Of a stretch of DNA of 64,000 nt, positions 28,603 to 36,500 are shown piece by piece (within the stretch, counting starts at the first letter, position 1; each line of letters begins with the position of its first letter). The notes beneath the pieces are model-generated. The model searched no databases. It worked only from the letters and a program-made list of their open reading frames with translations, and was not told the origin of the DNA. Origin of the DNA: Planctomycetota bacterium (GTDB lineage: Bacteria; Planctomycetota; UBA1135; UBA2386); the NCBI GenBank assembly GCA_046290465.1, contig JBKAGP010000001.1, positions 6,464,001 to 6,528,000 on the forward strand, written 5' to 3'. The position numbers were made by a program, and so were the translations under genes.

Positions 28603-29277
28603 ATGCCAATACCCGAGTACGACCCGACCAGCTGGCAGCTGATCCTCGATGCCGGGGGACGCTGTGCCGACCGGCGATCCGAGTTCGCCAACCGCTACGG
28701 CGCGGTGGTGCGTGCCTACCTCGAGGCGCGCTGGGGCGGTCGCGGGCGCCGCGGTGCCATCGACGATGCGCTGCAGAACGTGTTCGTCGAGTGCTTCCGG
28801 CGCGGCGGCGTGCTGGAGCGGGTCCGTGCCGATCGTCCCGACAGCTTCCGTGCGTTCCTGCTCGGCGTGACCCGCAACGTCGCGCTGCGCACCGAGCAGC
28901 GCGACGGCGGCCGCGGCGAGCAGCGGCTGGACACGGAGGTGATGCGGGGCGAGGCCGGTCCGGGCGCGCTCGAGCCCGAGCAGGCGTTCGAGCGTCGCTG
29001 GGCGCGCGCGATGATCGCCGAGGCGCTGCAGGCCACCGTCGCGCGGCACCCCGAGGATCGCACCGCCGAGTTGTTCGAACTGCGCTTCGAGCAGGGGCTG
29101 CCGATCCGCGAGATCGCCGGCCGCTGGGGCTGCGAGGCCGAAGAGCTGCACCGCCTGTACGCGCGGGCCCGGCGACGCTTCGGCGTCTGCCTGCGGCAGG
29201 TGGTGGCGCAGCACGAGGCGTGTTCGGAGCAGCAACTCGACGGCGAGTGTGCGCGGTTGCTCGCGTTGCTGCAGTAG
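28603..29277 (+). CDS. ECF sigma factor of the kinase-associated type
   Basis: TSWQLI, RYGAVVRAY, DDALQNVF, SFRAFLLGVTRN, EQAFERRWA, sigma4 QGLPIREIA...LHRLYARARRRF. Confidence 0.87.
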   Translation: MPIPEYDPTSWQLILDAGGRCADRRSEFANRYGAVVRAYLEARWGGRGRRGAIDDALQNVFVECFRRGGVLERVRADRPDSFRAFLLGVTRNVALRTEQRDGGRGEQRLDTEVMRGEAGPGALEPEQAFERRWARAMIAEALQATVARHPEDRTAELFELRFEQGLPIREIAGRWGCEAEELHRLYARARRRFGVCLRQVVAQHEACSEQQLDGECARLLALLQ

Positions 29278-29286
29278 GAGCAGCAA

Positions 29287-31875
29287 ATGGACTCGGAACT
29301 GCTCGCGTTCTTCGGGGAAGGGGAGGACTCGCAGCACAACGCGTCGCTGCGGTTCCTGCAGCGGCACCCGTCGTTGCTGCGCGACCTGGACCAGGTCCGC
29401 GGCAAGCTCCGTGGGGTCGGAGATCCGGACGGTGACGGCGTCGGGCCGGGGCTGCCGAAGCAGGTCGCAGACCACGAGGTGCTGGAGGTGCTCGGGGCAG
29501 GCGGCATGGGGGTGGTCGTGCGGGCCCGGCCGACCGGCGGCTCGCAGGGCGGCGATGACCTCGCGCTGAAGCTGGCCGATCGCGGCGACCCGGTCGCCTG
29601 CGAGGCGCTCGAGCGCGAGGCCGAGGTGCTGCTGCGGCTGCGGCACGACCACGTCGTGCGCGCGCTCGCGACCGGGCAGACCGACACGCATCGCTGGTTG
29701 GCGATGGAACTGGTGTCGGGCACGGTGCTGTCGCGACGCCTCGACGTGCGACCTTCGGTCGACGAGGCGATGCGGTGGTTCGCGGAGCTGGCCGACGGGG
29801 TGGCGGCGCTGCACCGGCACGGCCTCGTGCACCGCGACATCAAGCCGGGCAACGTGATGGTCCGCAGCGACGGCTCGGCCTGCCTGATCGACCTCGGCCT
29901 GGTCGAGGCCGAGGGCGGCTGCGAGATCGGCTTCGAACAGCGCATGCTCGCCGGAACGGTGCCGTACATGAGCCCGGAGCAGACCCTGTCGGGCCTGCTC
30001 GCGCTCGACGGCACCAGCGACGTCTACAGCCTCGCGGCGACCATCTACGAGGCGTTGACCGGGCATCGCACCGTGCACGGTGCCACCCGCGGCGAACTGC
30101 TCGAACAGGTGGCGTTCGTCGCGGTGCCGCCGCCGTCGCGCTACCGACCGGAGCTCGGCGAGGCCGTCGACGCGATCTTCGCCAAGGCGCTGCACAAGCA
30201 GCGGCCCGGTCGCTACGCGTCGGCCGATGAGCTGCTCGAGGACCTCGCGCGGTGGCGGCAGGGGCGCGCGCTGGTGCACGCGAAGCTGCCCTTGGGGCAG
30301 CGCGCCTGGCGTCGGCTGCGTCGCCACCGTCGGGCGCTGGTGCTGGCCGCGGTTCTGGCCATGGTGCTCACGGCGGTCTGGTGGTGGCAGCGGGCGGAGC
30401 ACGACGGACGGCGCGCTGCGTGGTCGCATGCCCTCGCGGCGGAGCTCGAAGGCCGCGATCCGCAGCAGGTCCGGCAGCGGCTCGAGCAGGGCCTGCGGGA
30501 GTTCGGCGACGACGACGCGTTCGTGGCCACCCTGCAGCGGTGCGCCGCCGACGTGGCCGACGTGCTGGTGCACGCGACGATCGCGGAGCTCGGCTTCGTC
30601 GTCGACGGCGCCACCTCGCTCGCGTCGTTCGCTGCGCGGGCGGCGCTGTCGGTGCGGCTCGCGCGGCATGCGGAGCGCGACGGGTTCGCGTTCGTGCGGC
30701 TCGTGCACCTCTGGCTGCAGCAGGGCCCCGACGCAGCCTTGCGGCAGCTGCCGGTCGGCGATGCGGCGGCGAGCGCCCTGCTCGGCGAACTGCGCGCGGT
30801 GCTGCTGTTGGAGGCCGAGGACCTCGACGGCTACCGGCGGCAGGTCGAACGGCTCGACGCCGTGACCACGGCCGACCTGCGGGTCGCGTGGTTGCCGTTG
30901 CGCGCCTACCGCAACGTTCGCGGGGCGTCGCTGGCACGCACGCTCGGTCGGCCCGCAGAGCGCGAGGCAGCGCTCGAGAACGCCCGCGGGGTGGTCGCGG
31001 TCGCGCGTTCGATGGGGGTGCCAGGGCGCTTGCTGCTGGTCTGCGAGGTGCTGCTCGATCTCGAGTTCGGCGCGTTCGCGCGGGCCGCGCGGGCGCTCGA
31101 GGCTGCCGAGGCCCCGTCCGCCAACACGGTGCCGTCCGCCAACACGGTGCTGTCCAACACGGTGCTTTCCGGCACGGTGCTGTACCGCGTGCTGGCACGC
31201 GCCCTCGCCAATGGCGTCGACGAGGGGGCGATCCGGGAACTGCGCGAACTCGCGGCCGGGTCGGCCGATCGGGAGGCGTCGCTGCGCGGCTGGATGGCGC
31301 GCAGCAGCCATGCCTACGGCCACCTTCCGGTCGCGTGTGCGTTCGTGCTCGGCTGGCCCGAGCAGGCCGCCGTCGACGCCGAAGCCGTGCGGCTGACCTA
31401 CGCGCTGGCCGGGGCCGCGTTCGTCGCCGAGCGGTGGACGACGTGCCTTTCACTGTGCGAGCAGCTGGTCGGCTGGGCGCCGCAGGTGCCGGCGGCCGCG
31501 GCGCGGCGACGCGACGCCGAGGCGCTCGCGGTCTGGTCGGCGCTGCACGTGCTGCGCGCCGCCGTCGACGCGAAGGTGTCCGGCACGGTGGCGATGGCGG
31601 CGTTGGCGCGGCGCACCGTGGCGCGGCTGGCGGCTGACGACGCGCCGGATCCGAGCGTCGAGACGCAGGTCGCGGCGGCGCTGGCGCGGCTCTACGAGGC
31701 GCGGTTCCGCAGCGTGCCGGATCGCGCGGCGGCGCTGCAGCGAGCCCGCGACGAGGCCGGACGAACGTCGGCGCGCCTCGCGCAGGTCGTCGCCGAGCGC
31801 GAGGTCCCCGGAGCGCAGCCAGGCGCGAGGGCGGCGCTGGAGCTGCTCGACGAGGCGCTGCGGACCGTTCGCTAG
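29287..31875 (+). CDS. Membrane-anchored Hanks-type Ser/Thr kinase with helical C-terminal region
   Basis: LGAGGMGVV, ALK, HRDIKPGN, DLG, GTVPYMSPEQ, DVYSL; TM ALVLAAVLAMVLTAVWWW. Confidence 0.93.
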   Translation: MDSELLAFFGEGEDSQHNASLRFLQRHPSLLRDLDQVRGKLRGVGDPDGDGVGPGLPKQVADHEVLEVLGAGGMGVVVRARPTGGSQGGDDLALKLADRGDPVACEALEREAEVLLRLRHDHVVRALATGQTDTHRWLAMELVSGTVLSRRLDVRPSVDEAMRWFAELADGVAALHRHGLVHRDIKPGNVMVRSDGSACLIDLGLVEAEGGCEIGFEQRMLAGTVPYMSPEQTLSGLLALDGTSDVYSLAATIYEALTGHRTVHGATRGELLEQVAFVAVPPPSRYRPELGEAVDAIFAKALHKQRPGRYASADELLEDLARWRQGRALVHAKLPLGQRAWRRLRRHRRALVLAAVLAMVLTAVWWWQRAEHDGRRAAWSHALAAELEGRDPQQVRQRLEQGLREFGDDDAFVATLQRCAADVADVLVHATIAELGFVVDGATSLASFAARAALSVRLARHAERDGFAFVRLVHLWLQQGPDAALRQLPVGDAAASALLGELRAVLLLEAEDLDGYRRQVERLDAVTTADLRVAWLPLRAYRNVRGASLARTLGRPAEREAALENARGVVAVARSMGVPGRLLLVCEVLLDLEFGAFARAARALEAAEAPSANTVPSANTVLSNTVLSGTVLYRVLARALANGVDEGAIRELRELAAGSADREASLRGWMARSSHAYGHLPVACAFVLGWPEQAAVDAEAVRLTYALAGAAFVAERWTTCLSLCEQLVGWAPQVPAAAARRRDAEALAVWSALHVLRAAVDAKVSGTVAMAALARRTVARLAADDAPDPSVETQVAAALARLYEARFRSVPDRAAALQRARDEAGRTSARLAQVVAEREVPGAQPGARAALELLDEALRTVR

Positions 31876-32042
31876 CGGGCAAAGCCCCATCCGCACGCGT
31901 ACCCGCCGCTTCCGCGATCACGGTTGGCAGCGCGTCCACTACATGGACGCGCTCCTAGCGGGCAAAGCCCCGTCCGCACGCGTACCCGCCGCTTCCGCGA
32001 TCACGGTTGGCAGCGCGTCCACTACATGGACGCGCTCCTAGC
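31872..32042 (+). repeat. 83-bp tandem duplication, CTAG-bounded, with an internal hairpin
   Basis: Units start at CTAG 31872 and 31955, third CTAG at 32038; one mismatch; each unit has AGCGCGTCCA-ctaca-TGGACGCGCT. Confidence 0.93.
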
Positions 32043-32212
32043 CGCGTTCCGGGGAGATCGTCCCGCCGGCCGCGCCGGAAAAATCGCAGGCCGCCGTGCG
32101 TGAAAACGGCAGCTCCCGGGACTCCCTCGTGCGCCGGGCGATCGCTGCCCGGTGCCGTTCGCGGCGCTCGTCGCGGGCGCCCTGATTCCCAATCAAAGAA
32201 CGAGGAACTCCC

Positions 32213-32974
32213 ATGGCTGGAGGATTCATCACGGTCCGCAACGGCGGAGGCTACGTCGCGAAGTTCAAGGTCCGCTACACGCTCGCGGGCAAGAAGGTCA
32301 CCAAGGAGACCAACAACTTCACGCTCGGCAAGAACAAGACGCTGCCGATCCCGGACGGCGCGAGCAACATCTTCCTCGAGGTCGAGGAGTATGTGTTCTT
32401 CGGCTCGACGTCGACGATCTTCACCGAGCAGTTCGACGAGCCGCCGCAGAACTACTACAAGATCTGGGGCACGACGCTGAGCCCGGCGTGGTGCCAGACG
32501 GACAGCCACTTCGACTGCTTGAAGACCTGCCCGGCGGCGCTCGAGAACCAGCACGGCCCGGCGGCGATGGCGGTCGCGATGGTGCCCGATCGCGACGAGC
32601 ACGCGCACGCCGAGGCCGCACCGGCCGGGCCCGAGGGGGCGGAGCTGACGGTGCTCGGTGCCTCTGACTTCGCCGCTGCGGGCGGCCACGGCCTCAACGG
32701 CTGCATCGGCCTGTTCGCCGGCCTGTCGCTCTGCTACGACGTGTCGATCGCGCCGCCGAGCGCGCACGTCTGCCTCGAGTTCGCCGGCATCGAGCTGGCC
32801 TGCCTGGACCTGTCGGCCGCCAAGCCCTGCGCGACGCTGAAGGGCGACTACAAGCTGGTCAGCTGGGACCTCGAGCTGTGCCTGGACCTGACGGGCAAGA
32901 AGATCACGCTGAAGGGCAAGGTCTGCACCCTCGGGATGTGCAAGAAGTTCGACCTGACCGTGCTGAGCTGGTAG
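32213..32974 (+). CDS. Cholesterol-dependent cytolysin D4-like domain fused to a Cys-rich beta domain
   Basis: GFITVRNGGGYVAKFKVRY, IPDGASNIFLEVEE and KIWGTTLSP resemble perfringolysin D4 (HSGAYVAQF, NARNIRIKARE, IWGTTLYP); SD GAGGA upstream. Confidence 0.8.
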   Translation: MAGGFITVRNGGGYVAKFKVRYTLAGKKVTKETNNFTLGKNKTLPIPDGASNIFLEVEEYVFFGSTSTIFTEQFDEPPQNYYKIWGTTLSPAWCQTDSHFDCLKTCPAALENQHGPAAMAVAMVPDRDEHAHAEAAPAGPEGAELTVLGASDFAAAGGHGLNGCIGLFAGLSLCYDVSIAPPSAHVCLEFAGIELACLDLSAAKPCATLKGDYKLVSWDLELCLDLTGKKITLKGKVCTLGMCKKFDLTVLSW

Positions 32975-33080
32975 CGCGACCCCTGGCCCGATGCGGGGAC
33001 GTTCCCTAGGGGAATGCGAACCCGCGTCGGCGCCACACGCCCCTTGGGAGCCGATTCGCGTGACGTGGCTAGGGAAAGCG

Positions 33081-33109
33081 TGAAGCCCCGGCGGCGATCG
33101 CGCCGATAT
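33081..33109 (+). promoter_or_regulatory. Candidate sigma28-like promoter (TGAAG-N16-GCCGATAT)
   Basis: GCCGATAT 33102-33109 ends 8 nt before ATG 33118 of a chemoreceptor gene. Confidence 0.5.
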
Positions 33110-33117
33110 CCCGCGTC

Positions 33118-34410
33118 ATGTTGGGGAGGTGGAGGGGGCTGTGGCGGCGCCGCCGCAGAGGTGGCGCCGCGTCGGGGGAGCAGGTGTTCGAGGCGATCGG
33201 TCGCCAGCATGCGATGGTCCGGTTCACGCCTGAGGGCGACGTGCTGGATGCGAACGAACGGTTCCTGCAGGTGATGGGCTACGCCCTCGACCGGGTCGTC
33301 GGCAACCACCATCGCATGTTCTGCGATCCGCGCTTCGTCGCGAGCGCCGCCTACCGGCAACTGTGGTCCGGCCTGGCCCGTGGCGAGGGCTGCAGCGGCG
33401 TCTACCGGCGGCTCGGTGCGGGCGGCCGCGAGGTCTTCCTGCAGTCGAGCTATGCGCCGGTGCTCGATGCCCGCGGGCGCGTCGTCGAGGTCGTCAAGGT
33501 CGCGACCGACGTCACGTTGCGCAAGCAGCGCGAGGCCGAACTGGTCGACTGCTCGACGGCCGCGATCGAGTTCGAGCCGGACGGCACCATCCTGACCGCC
33601 AACCAGAAGTTCCTCGACGCGGTCGGCTATGCGCTCGCCGAGGTGGAGGGACGGCACCACCGCATGTTCGTGGCGCCCGCCGAGGCGGGCGGCGCGGCCT
33701 ATGCTGGATTCTGGGAGCAACTCGGTCGCGGGATCCTGCAGCAGGGCGAGTTCCTGCGTGTGCAAAACGGCGGCGACGAACTGTGGCTGCGCGCGTCGTA
33801 CATGCCGGTGCTCGACGATGGCGGCCGGGTCGTGCGCGTGGTCAAGCACGCGATGGACATCACCGCCGAGGTGCGCACCCGCGAGCAGTGTGCCCGGGCC
33901 AGCCGGACGCTCGGCAACGGCATGCGCGAACTCGATGCCGCCGCCACCGCGATCGCGGACCGCACCAGCGGCAACGCCGAGATCGCGGCGACCACGCGGC
34001 AACGATCGGAGCAGGCTGCGAGCCTGCTCTCGCAGCTCGGCGAACGCTACGCCAGCATCGGCGAGATCACCGAGTCGATCGGCGTCATCGCGCGGCGCAC
34101 CAACCTGCTGGCCATCAACGCAGCGGTCGAGGCGGCGCGCGCCGGGGAATCCGGCAGCGGCTTCGCGGTGGTAGCCAACGAGGTCAAGGCACTCGCCGAC
34201 CAGAGCCGCGAGGCGACCCAGGAGATCACCTCGGTGCTGCGCGAACTGCGCGAGTACGTCACCGACTCGGTCGGGGCGGTGGGCTCGATCCGCGACGACG
34301 TCGAGGCGCTGTCGTTGAACGCGGCCGAGGTCGCCGCTTCGGTCGAGGAGCAGAGCGGCGTCATCCGCGAACTCAGCGCGACGGCCGGCGAGCTGGCTGC
34401 GCGCAGCTAG
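33118..34410 (+). CDS. Soluble two-PAS methyl-accepting chemotaxis protein (BdlA-like)
   Basis: Two PAS repeats (ANERFL...HHRMF); [33 protein letters not shown]; no TM. Confidence 0.93.
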   Translation: MLGRWRGLWRRRRRGGAASGEQVFEAIGRQHAMVRFTPEGDVLDANERFLQVMGYALDRVVGNHHRMFCDPRFVASAAYRQLWSGLARGEGCSGVYRRLGAGGREVFLQSSYAPVLDARGRVVEVVKVATDVTLRKQREAELVDCSTAAIEFEPDGTILTANQKFLDAVGYALAEVEGRHHRMFVAPAEAGGAAYAGFWEQLGRGILQQGEFLRVQNGGDELWLRASYMPVLDDGGRVVRVVKHAMDITAEVRTREQCARASRTLGNGMRELDAAATAIADRTSGNAEIAATTRQRSEQAASLLSQLGERYASIGEITESIGVIARRTNLLAINAAVEAARAGESGSGFAVVANEVKALADQSREATQEITSVLRELREYVTDSVGAVGSIRDDVEALSLNAAEVAASVEEQSGVIRELSATAGELAARS

Positions 34411-34455
34411 GCTCGCACGTCCGGTGGACGGGGCACGGCTGCCGCGCGCACGACA

Positions 34456-35691
34456 CTAGGCGTCGCCCAGCGCCAGCCGCGGTGGCCGTTCGGCCTCTTC
34501 GCCGGCCGCGAACAGCGGCTTCGGCGCCATCTTCGCCAGCAACGCGACCAGGTTCGACGGCACCTGCTGCACGCGGTCGTTCCACTCGGTGACCGTGTCG
34601 TTGTAGAGGCCGCGGGCGTGCGCGACCTTCTCCTCGATCGTCCACAGGCGGTCGTGCAGGTCGCGGTACATCGCGTCGGACTTCAGCTCCGGATACTGCT
34701 CGTGCAGCACCAGCACCGCGTTGGCGGTGGTCCGCGCGTGTTCCTCGTCGCGCACCTGCTGGTCGAGGCTGCCGCCACCGCGCAGCGCCGCGAGGTGCTG
34801 CAGGAGGTCCTGTTCGTGCTGGCTCGCGGCCTTGACGACCGCGACCAGGTTGGGCACCAGGTCGGTGCGCTGGGCGAGTTCGATCGAGATCTGCCGCTCG
34901 GCGACGTGCACCTGCTGGCGCAGCCGCACCAGCCGGTTGTAGGTCAGCAGCGCCCACACCGGGACCATCGCGGCGAGGCCGACGCCGACGGCCACCAGCC
35001 ACTCGTGCCAGGGCCGCGCCTCGAGCAGCAACGCGGTGCCGCCGAAGCCACCGGCGAACATCCAGAACAGCGCGAAGAAGAACTTCCAGCCCTCGGCCGA
35101 CGCCGATTGGCGCACCGCCTGGTTCCTGGTCTCGAACGTCACCAGCAGCGGCACGTTGCGCAGCGGCCCGAAACTGCCGTCGTCGCGCTTGACGCCGAAC
35201 GCGCTGACCGGCGTGTCGAGCGGCACGATCCACGCCGAGTGGCGGCGGTCGCTGTGCTCGTAGTCGGTGCGCAGGCGCCGCTGTGCCTCGATCTCGCCCT
35301 CGGGCAGCGCGACCTCGATGCGGTCGCCGTCGTCGAGTTCGAACGCGCGCACGCCGTTGTCGCGGTGCACGGTACTCCAGGTGGTGCGCGACTGCCGGTT
35401 GCCCTCGCTGTCGGTGTAGTACTCGGTCTGCTCCTCCTCGATCGAGTAGCCGAACGCGACGCACGGCACGTCGAACCACGGGCAGCGCAGCGGCGCGTCG
35501 CAGCGCACCTCGCCGCGCAGCCAGGCGTCGTCGTGCGCACTCAGCGTGCGCACCGGCAGCAGCGGCGCGCGCGCGAACAGGAACGTCTTCAGGTCCTGCT
35601 TGCGCAGGCCCCACGCGTACAGCCAGCTGAGCAGCGGGCCCAGCACCAGCGCGCCAATGCCGATCGGAAAGGTCGGGATGGCGGCGAGCAT
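34456..35691 (-). CDS. LemA family protein with an N-terminal membrane-anchored GIDE-like domain
   Basis: C-terminal YNRLVRLRQ...QRTDLVPNLV...EQYPELKSD...EEKVAHARGLYN...VPSNLVA; N-terminal LRGEV...PLRCPWFDVPCVAF...FELDDG. Confidence 0.85.
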   Translation of the reverse strand: MLAAIPTFPIGIGALVLGPLLSWLYAWGLRKQDLKTFLFARAPLLPVRTLSAHDDAWLRGEVRCDAPLRCPWFDVPCVAFGYSIEEEQTEYYTDSEGNRQSRTTWSTVHRDNGVRAFELDDGDRIEVALPEGEIEAQRRLRTDYEHSDRRHSAWIVPLDTPVSAFGVKRDDGSFGPLRNVPLLVTFETRNQAVRQSASAEGWKFFFALFWMFAGGFGGTALLLEARPWHEWLVAVGVGLAAMVPVWALLTYNRLVRLRQQVHVAERQISIELAQRTDLVPNLVAVVKAASQHEQDLLQHLAALRGGGSLDQQVRDEEHARTTANAVLVLHEQYPELKSDAMYRDLHDRLWTIEEKVAHARGLYNDTVTEWNDRVQQVPSNLVALLAKMAPKPLFAAGEEAERPPRLALGDA

Positions 35692-35699
35692 GTGCGCGG

Positions 35700-36500
35700 C
35701 TAGCCCTCGGCCCTGGCGGCCCGCACCATCTCGCGGAACACGACCATGCCGTCGCCGTCCTCGGGCAGCGCGCCGTGTTCGAGCTGGGTGCGGCGCCAGT
35801 TCGGCATGTGGGTCGGCAGGTAGCTGCGGTCGGGGTGCGGCATCACGCCGAGCACGCGGCCGTTGTGGTTGGTCAGTCCGGCGATCCCGAGGGGGGCGCC
35901 GTTGGGGTTCTGCGGGTACTGCTCGGTCGGCTGGCCCGCATCGTCGACGTACTGCACGGCGGCGAAGCCCTCGTCGAGCAGCGTCTGCAGCGCTCTCGTG
36001 TCCTTGGCCATCAGGCGGCCTTCGCCGTGCGCGGCCGGCCAGCGTAGCGTCAGGCCCTCGGGCAAGAACACGCAGCGCGACTTGCGCGTCTGGAGCGTGA
36101 CCCAGCGGCACTCGTAGTGGTTGCTGAGGTTGTGCGTCAGCGTGACCTCCTCCTCGAGGCGGTCGTTGCCGCACGGCAGCAGGCCGAGGCGCACCAGCAC
36201 CTGGAAGCCGTTGCAGATGCCGAACGCGGTGCCGCCGCGGTCGATCCAGTTCAGCATGCGCTCGCCGAGCCGCGCCTTCATCTCCTGCGCGAGCACGCGG
36301 CCGGAGCTGATGTCGTCGCCGTAGCTGAAGCCACCGGGCACCGACAGGATCTGGAAGCGATCGAGCAGCTCGGGCTTCTCGAGCAGCTTCTTGATGTGCA
36401 CGTACTCGCTGCTGGCGCCGGCGCGTTCGAAGGCGTGGTGGGTCTCGCGCTCGCAGTTGATGCCAGGGGCGCGCAGGATCAGGGCCTTGGGGGTGCTCAT
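35700..36500 (-). CDS. purQ: FGAM synthase glutaminase subunit
   Basis: APGINCERE, PGGFSYGD, GICNGFQVL, AHGEG, NPNG, MPHPDR; start overlaps the purL stop. Confidence 0.96.
   Translation of the reverse strand: MSTPKALILRAPGINCERETHHAFERAGASSEYVHIKKLLEKPELLDRFQILSVPGGFSYGDDISSGRVLAQEMKARLGERMLNWIDRGGTAFGICNGFQVLVRLGLLPCGNDRLEEEVTLTHNLSNHYECRWVTLQTRKSRCVFLPEGLTLRWPAAHGEGRLMAKDTRALQTLLDEGFAAVQYVDDAGQPTEQYPQNPNGAPLGIAGLTNHNGRVLGVMPHPDRSYLPTHMPNWRRTQLEHGALPEDGDGMVVFREMVRAARAEG

Noticed and set aside
31872..32042. Possible mini-CRISPR or tRNA
   Set aside because: The whole unit is duplicated with no unique spacer, and there is no cloverleaf or TTC loop.
28547..32150. GGCGATCGCT shared upstream of the two orphan genes as an ECF promoter
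   Set aside because: GCGATCGC is common throughout this window and the spacing to other elements is not conserved.
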